In this document: piece by piece, positions 27,501 to 33,500 of the stretch
Layout: every line of letters starts with the position of its first letter
How positions within the stretch are numbered: position 1 is the stretch's first letter
Source of the DNA: an uncultured candidatus Porisulfidus sp.
Lineage (GTDB): Bacteria > Pseudomonadota > Gammaproteobacteria > Poriferisulfidales > Oxydemutatoraceae
Direction: 5' to 3'
Length of the DNA stretch: 64,000 bases
Assembly: GCA_965215125.1 (NCBI GenBank)
Contig: OZ244052.1
Coordinates: 1,920,001-1,984,000 of the forward strand
Notes under the pieces: generated by a model
What the model was told of the DNA's origin: nothing
Databases searched by the model: none
What the model saw: the letters and a program-made list of their open reading frames with translations, nothing else
Position numbers and translations under genes: made by a program

Positions 27501-30500
27501 TAGAATAGAATCGACTACCTATACGCTGAGCATAACTCGCAACCTGAGCGACAATACCGAATTGGAAACAGCCCCGAGTGTTTCGGGTAATCCTGCGCAG
27601 TTGGTGCGGCGAGGCGTGTATATCGCCGAGCTTGCTAGAAATACGACGAGCTTTTCCGTAGAGGCGACGGCTTTACATCCGAGTGCGACGGTGACAATCA
27701 ACAGTATGGGTGGTGGCCGCACTGCAAGCCTAACGAACATTCCCATAAACGTCGATATGCCCGAGCAGGAGTTTACCATAGTTGTGCAGGCGCAAAACCG
27801 AATCACCACCCAGCCTTATGTCTTGACGGTAAGCCTCATTCGGAGTTCGGATGCGAGCTTGGCTTCGTTGCGTGTGTCCAATACCAGCCCGAGCAATATA
27901 GTGTTGCAAGATAACATAGATAAATACAACGCAACCCTAGCCGAGGATAGGTTTGTTACGACCGTGACCGCAGTTGCAACTGATCGATTTGCAACGGTGA
28001 AAATTATAGAAAACGGCATTACGATTATGTCGGGAGACCAAAATGTAAGCAGGAGGATTTTCATATTTGAAACCGGAAGCAGTAGAGATTTGCAGGTTGA
28101 AGTGACTGCGCAGGATATGACGACAAGAACTTATACCTTAACTATTACTCGTGCAGAAAGTAGCAATAACTGTTTGAGTGCTATAGCGATCCTGAACCGA
28201 GACGGCAATCAGTTGCGGAACAGGAACATTCGATGCGACGATACCAATCCATCTTTTGATATAGCCAATTCGGTGGCACAAATATTAGTCCGACCGACTG
28301 CCGAAGACCGCCGTGCAACTATCAAAGTACATGCGCCGGGCGACACCGTCGGCGAGCGGGTTCGAAGCGGCGCGAATAGCACTAGACCGATAACGGTGCC
28401 CGAAGGCGGCACAACGACGATTACGATTGTAGTGACCGCCCAAAACGACGAGACCCGACCTTATACCGTGGCAGTGAATCGTGCGGAAAGTTCGAATGCC
28501 GATTTAAGTGATTTGCAGTTGCTCGATATAAACAATGTGAATCTACTGCCGGACTTTGATCCTACGAGCGAAACACAAACCTATAGGCTTACGGTTCCTA
28601 ATACGACCACCGGCACCAGAGTGATTGCCGCAGCCCATCCAAAAGCAGGGATAAGGGTCGATATAGACGATGTAGATGCTATCGCCACCGGCACGATTAA
28701 CCGGGAGTTTGATTTGGAAGAGGTCGAAGTAGAAAAACGGATTCGTATTGTGGTTACTTCCCAAGACCGCAGTACCACCCGAGGCTATACCGTGTTCGTT
28801 AAGCGTGCCAGAGCCGATCGCAACAATGCAAACTTAGCAAGCATTGCGATTTCGTTGGATAACGACACGCCTCTCCTGACATTGACATCACCCGACGAAG
28901 GTACAAGCGCAACCTATTCGGCGCGTATCATGGGGACAGCCGAGCGTGAAATCCAGACTATAGAACAACTCATAGTATCGCCGCGTCCCGAAGACGGAGG
29001 TGCGACGATTAGTATAGACGGCGGCACGGTGGAATCTATGCCCGATAAGACGGTCATGCTCACTGCCCCATTGGATACACCGGAGGAGCCACCCATAGCC
29101 ATTAAAGTGATTGCCGATGATAAGACTACATCTGCGGTGTATAGCTTGCAAATAACCCGAGTGAGCAGTGCGGATGTGGGTTTTGCAACTGTCGTTGTCG
29201 GGGGTACTGAACTGGATATCGACGATCGTTCAACCCGATATACGGCAAGTATAGGAGAGCGTACGACGAATACCATCGTGTCCGTAAGAACAAGACATTC
29301 GCAGGCGACAATGGAAATCACTTTAGGCAGTGATACCGTTTCTACCGGAAATCGCGCGAGCAGACGTGTTGTTATCGACGATACCGGTGGTCGTGAAAGG
29401 CTGCAGATCAAAGTGATTGCCCAAAACCGTACGACGAGCCGAACTTATACCGTCAGAGTGGAGCGCGACCGCAGTAGCGATACGAGCTTGGCTTCGCTGA
29501 GCGCGGAGAATACTCGCGCAAGCGATTTAGAAGTGGTAGACAACAAAACCTTATATACTGCGACCTTAGCCGAGGATGTGGTGAGTACGACCGTGACTGC
29601 GGTTGCGAAAGATCGATTTGCAACGGTAAAAATTATAGAAAACGGCATTACGATTGCGTCGGGAAGCCGAGAGGTAGAAAGGAATATTTTCATACCCGAA
29701 ACCGGAGGCAGTAGAACTTTGCAGGTTGAAGTGACCGCACAAAACCGCGCGCAGCAAACATATAGATTGACGGTAGAACGAGACCCAAGCACCGACGACC
29801 GTCTGTATAGATTGGTGTTGCGACCGTCATCGGGCGGAGCAGTGCCGATAGTCACTAGACCGACTACGACGACCGAATATCGGGCAAGGTTTAATTTTAA
29901 TGTGACCGGTGTTAGAGTGCAAGCGTCTGCACATCCGAATGCCGATAAGATAGAAGTATTTGCACCGGGAAGCTCTGCCGGCGAAGAGATAGCGCAGGGC
30001 GGTATCAGTTCTTCAATCTCCTTGACCGAAGGTGAGCCTTCGGTGATTAGAATTTTGGTGACCGCACAAAACGGTGAGACGACCAGACCTTATGTGATAC
30101 GGGTGACCCGTGCTTTGAATCCCGATGACGATTTAAGAGGCCTTGGGCTAATATCCGAAGATGTGAGATTAGATCGACCTTTCACTAGAAATAATCGCTT
30201 ATATAGAGTGTTGGGAAATATCGGGGAAGAACTTACGGTGACGGTGACCTCCGGTTCGGGTCAGCGGATTATCGTAGACGACGACGAGATGCCTCTAATC
30301 GAAGCCGGTTCGGAACCGATAACCTCCGCTTTCTCTAGATCCTTGGAGTACGGAGAGAATACGATTGAGATTTTAGTAATTGCTCAGAACCGTACGACGA
30401 GTCAAACCTATACCTTGAATGCATTTCGTCCGGTGGTTTTGGAGGATTTAGATTTAGGAGGACTCAGTGATGGTGATGCTTATCGCTTCGATCCTTTTGA

Positions 30501-33500
30501 GAGAAACTATGCGGTGAGGATTTCTACTCGAACGTTGGTGGTCACTCCGGTGATACCTATGGATAGCAATATTGGATATACAATTTCTGAAGGAAGTACT
30601 ATGCTAACGCCAAATGCCTCTGCATCCATCACGATTCCCGAAGGGGAAACCAGAGCTATCACTATAACACTGCAAGCACCGAACGGAACGATGAATAGCT
30701 ATAGGGTGCAAGCGACTCGGGAGCGGAGCGACAACGCCAACTTGGGTAATCTGCAGATATCGTTTGAAACTACATTGTTCCAATTCGGCAACCTAGCGAC
30801 AAGTGCGAACTATGTCTATACGGTTCCTAATCGTATAACCGATATTACATTGTCGGCGGGAGTAGCACAAACCAGCGCAACGATTATAGATTTTAGAGTA
30901 AACGGTAATCGAGCGAGTGGTGTGTCTTCGGATAAAACCGAGATAGATCGGACTATTCCCTTAAACGAAGGTGAGACTAAAGAAATCACGATTAAAGTAC
31001 TCGCTCAAGACCTAGAGACGAGCAAAACTTATACGATCGGTGTAACCCGTAGGCTCAGTGGCAATACCGATTTGAGCGAAGCCCCGATAATCATCATCCC
31101 GGGTGTCGGCGAGACTACGGCAACCGCAGTTTCGGGAAGCGATACCGAATATACTGCGGTGATTGATAGAAATGTAACCTTGTTCTCGGTATCGGCGACG
31201 GCAGCACACTCCAGTGCGACGGTAACGATCAGTATCGATGATGGTTCGGATGCAGTCGGTGGTCGGACTGCAACGAAGACCGGTATCCCGATCAGTGTTC
31301 CGACGAGACTTTCCGACATTGCGCTGGCACGGCAGAAGATTACTATAGTCGTGCGGGCACCGGATAGAACCACCACCCGAGAATATACTTTGACGGTAAG
31401 CCTTGCCGATAGCACGGATGTGCGCTTGGCTTCGCTGAGCGTGGGTGGGTTTGTGCTACCGGCGGGTAGCGACGGGACTTACAATGCATCTTTACTCGAG
31501 GATGCGCCAAATCCGCAAGTGGCTGCAAGTGCGATCGATCTATTTGCAACGGTGACGATTACCGATACCGAAAACGGCACGCTACTCGTTGAAGGAGGTC
31601 AAAGAGCATCAGGTACGATTACCTTAGAGACCGGAGAGACTAAAATTTTAAGCATTAAAGTGACCGCACAAGATAGCATGACGAGTCAAACTTATACCTT
31701 GACGATGACGCGTGCCGAGAGTTCGGATGCGAGCTTGGCTTCACTGGGTGTATCCAATATCAGTCCGAGTAATATAGTGTTGCGAGATAACCTATTTACA
31801 TATACTGCAACCTTAGCCGAGGATGTAGCAAATACGACCGTGACCGCAGTTGCCGGCAATCGATTTGCAATGGTGACGATTACCGAGATTACCGAGAACA
31901 ACATGCCGTTCGCCGCAGGAGTTGAAAGAGCAATAGGGAGAGCTACCCTAGACCGGACCGGAGACACTAGAACCTTCGAAATTAGAGTGACCGCACAAAA
32001 CCTTGTAGCGATGAGCCGGATCTATACTTTGGAAGTGACGCGAGCTAAAAGTAGCGATGCGAGCTTGAGGTCGCTTACCGTCGAGCGTGCCGACCCGGAA
32101 GAGTTGGTATCGGAAGCCGACCGAGACGAGTATACTGCGACCGTAGGTGTGGATGTGGTAAATACGACCGTGACCGTAGTTGCTAACGATGAATTTGCAA
32201 CGGTGACGATTACCGATACCGAAAACGACACGCTGCTCGCTGAAGGAAGGCAAAGTACAGCAACTAGGATTACTTTAGAGAAGACCGGTGCTTCCAGAAC
32301 CCTGCAAATCGTAGTGACTGCGCAAAACGACATGACGAGTACTTATACTTTGACGGTGGTGCGCGCCGAGAGCTCGGATGCGAGCTTGGCTTCGCTGAGC
32401 GTGGAGAACACCATTTCAAGTGATTTAGAAGTGGTAGACAATAAAACCTTATATACTGCGACCGTAGGTGCGGATGTGGTAAACACAACCGTGACCGCCG
32501 TTGCAAACAATACATCTGCAACAGTGACGATTACCGAAAACGGCATACTTGTCGCCGGAGGAGATGATCGCAGGGCAGAAAGAAGTATTACTTTAGCTCG
32601 GAGAGGAGACACTAAAACCTTGCAGATTAAGGTGACCGCACAAAATGGCATGACGAGTCGGACTTATACTTTGATAGTAGCCCGAGGGGTGAGTCTGGAT
32701 GCGAGCTTGGCTTCGCTGAGCGTCGAGAACACCATTTCAAGTGATTTAGAAGTGGTAGACAATAAAACCTTATATACTGCGACGGTAGGTGTGGATGTGG
32801 CAAATACGACTGTGACCGTAGTTGCTAACGATGAATTTGCAACGGTGAGGATTACCGATACCGAAAACGACACGCTGCTCGCTGAAGGAGTGCAAAGTAC
32901 GGCAACTAGGATTACTTTAGAAGAAACCGGAGTTCGTAAAACCTTGCAGATTAAGGTGATTGCAGAGAGTCCCACGACGAGTCAAACTTATACCTTGACA
33001 GTGGTGCGTGCCGATAGCACGGATGCGAGCTTGGCTTCGCTGAGCGTCGAGAATACCATCTCAAGCGATTTAGAAGTGGTAGACAACAAAACCTTATATA
33101 CTGCAACCCTAGCCGAGGATGTGGCAAATACGACCGTGACCGCAGTTGCCGGCAATCGATTTGCGACGGTGACGATTACCGAGATTACCGAGAACAATAT
33201 GCCGTTCGCCGAAGGAGTTGAAAGAGCAATAGGGAGAGCCACCCTAGACCGGACCGGAGACACTAGAACCTTCGAAATTAGAGTGACCGCACAAAACCGT
33301 GTAGCGATGAGCCGGATCTATACTTTGGAAGTGACGCGAGCTAAAAGTAGCGATGCGAGCTTGAGGTCGCTGAGCGTCGAGAATACCATCTCAAGCGATT
33401 TAGAAGTGGTAGACAACAAAACCTTATATACTGCGACCCTAGCCGAGGATGTGGTAAATACGACCGTGACCGTCGTTGCTAACGATGAATTTGCAATGGT

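Noticed and set aside
7129-32610. RGD tripeptides (~7129, ~8908, ~32602) as integrin-binding motifs
   Set aside because: A few occurrences are expected by chance in 12,000 aa rich in R, G and D.
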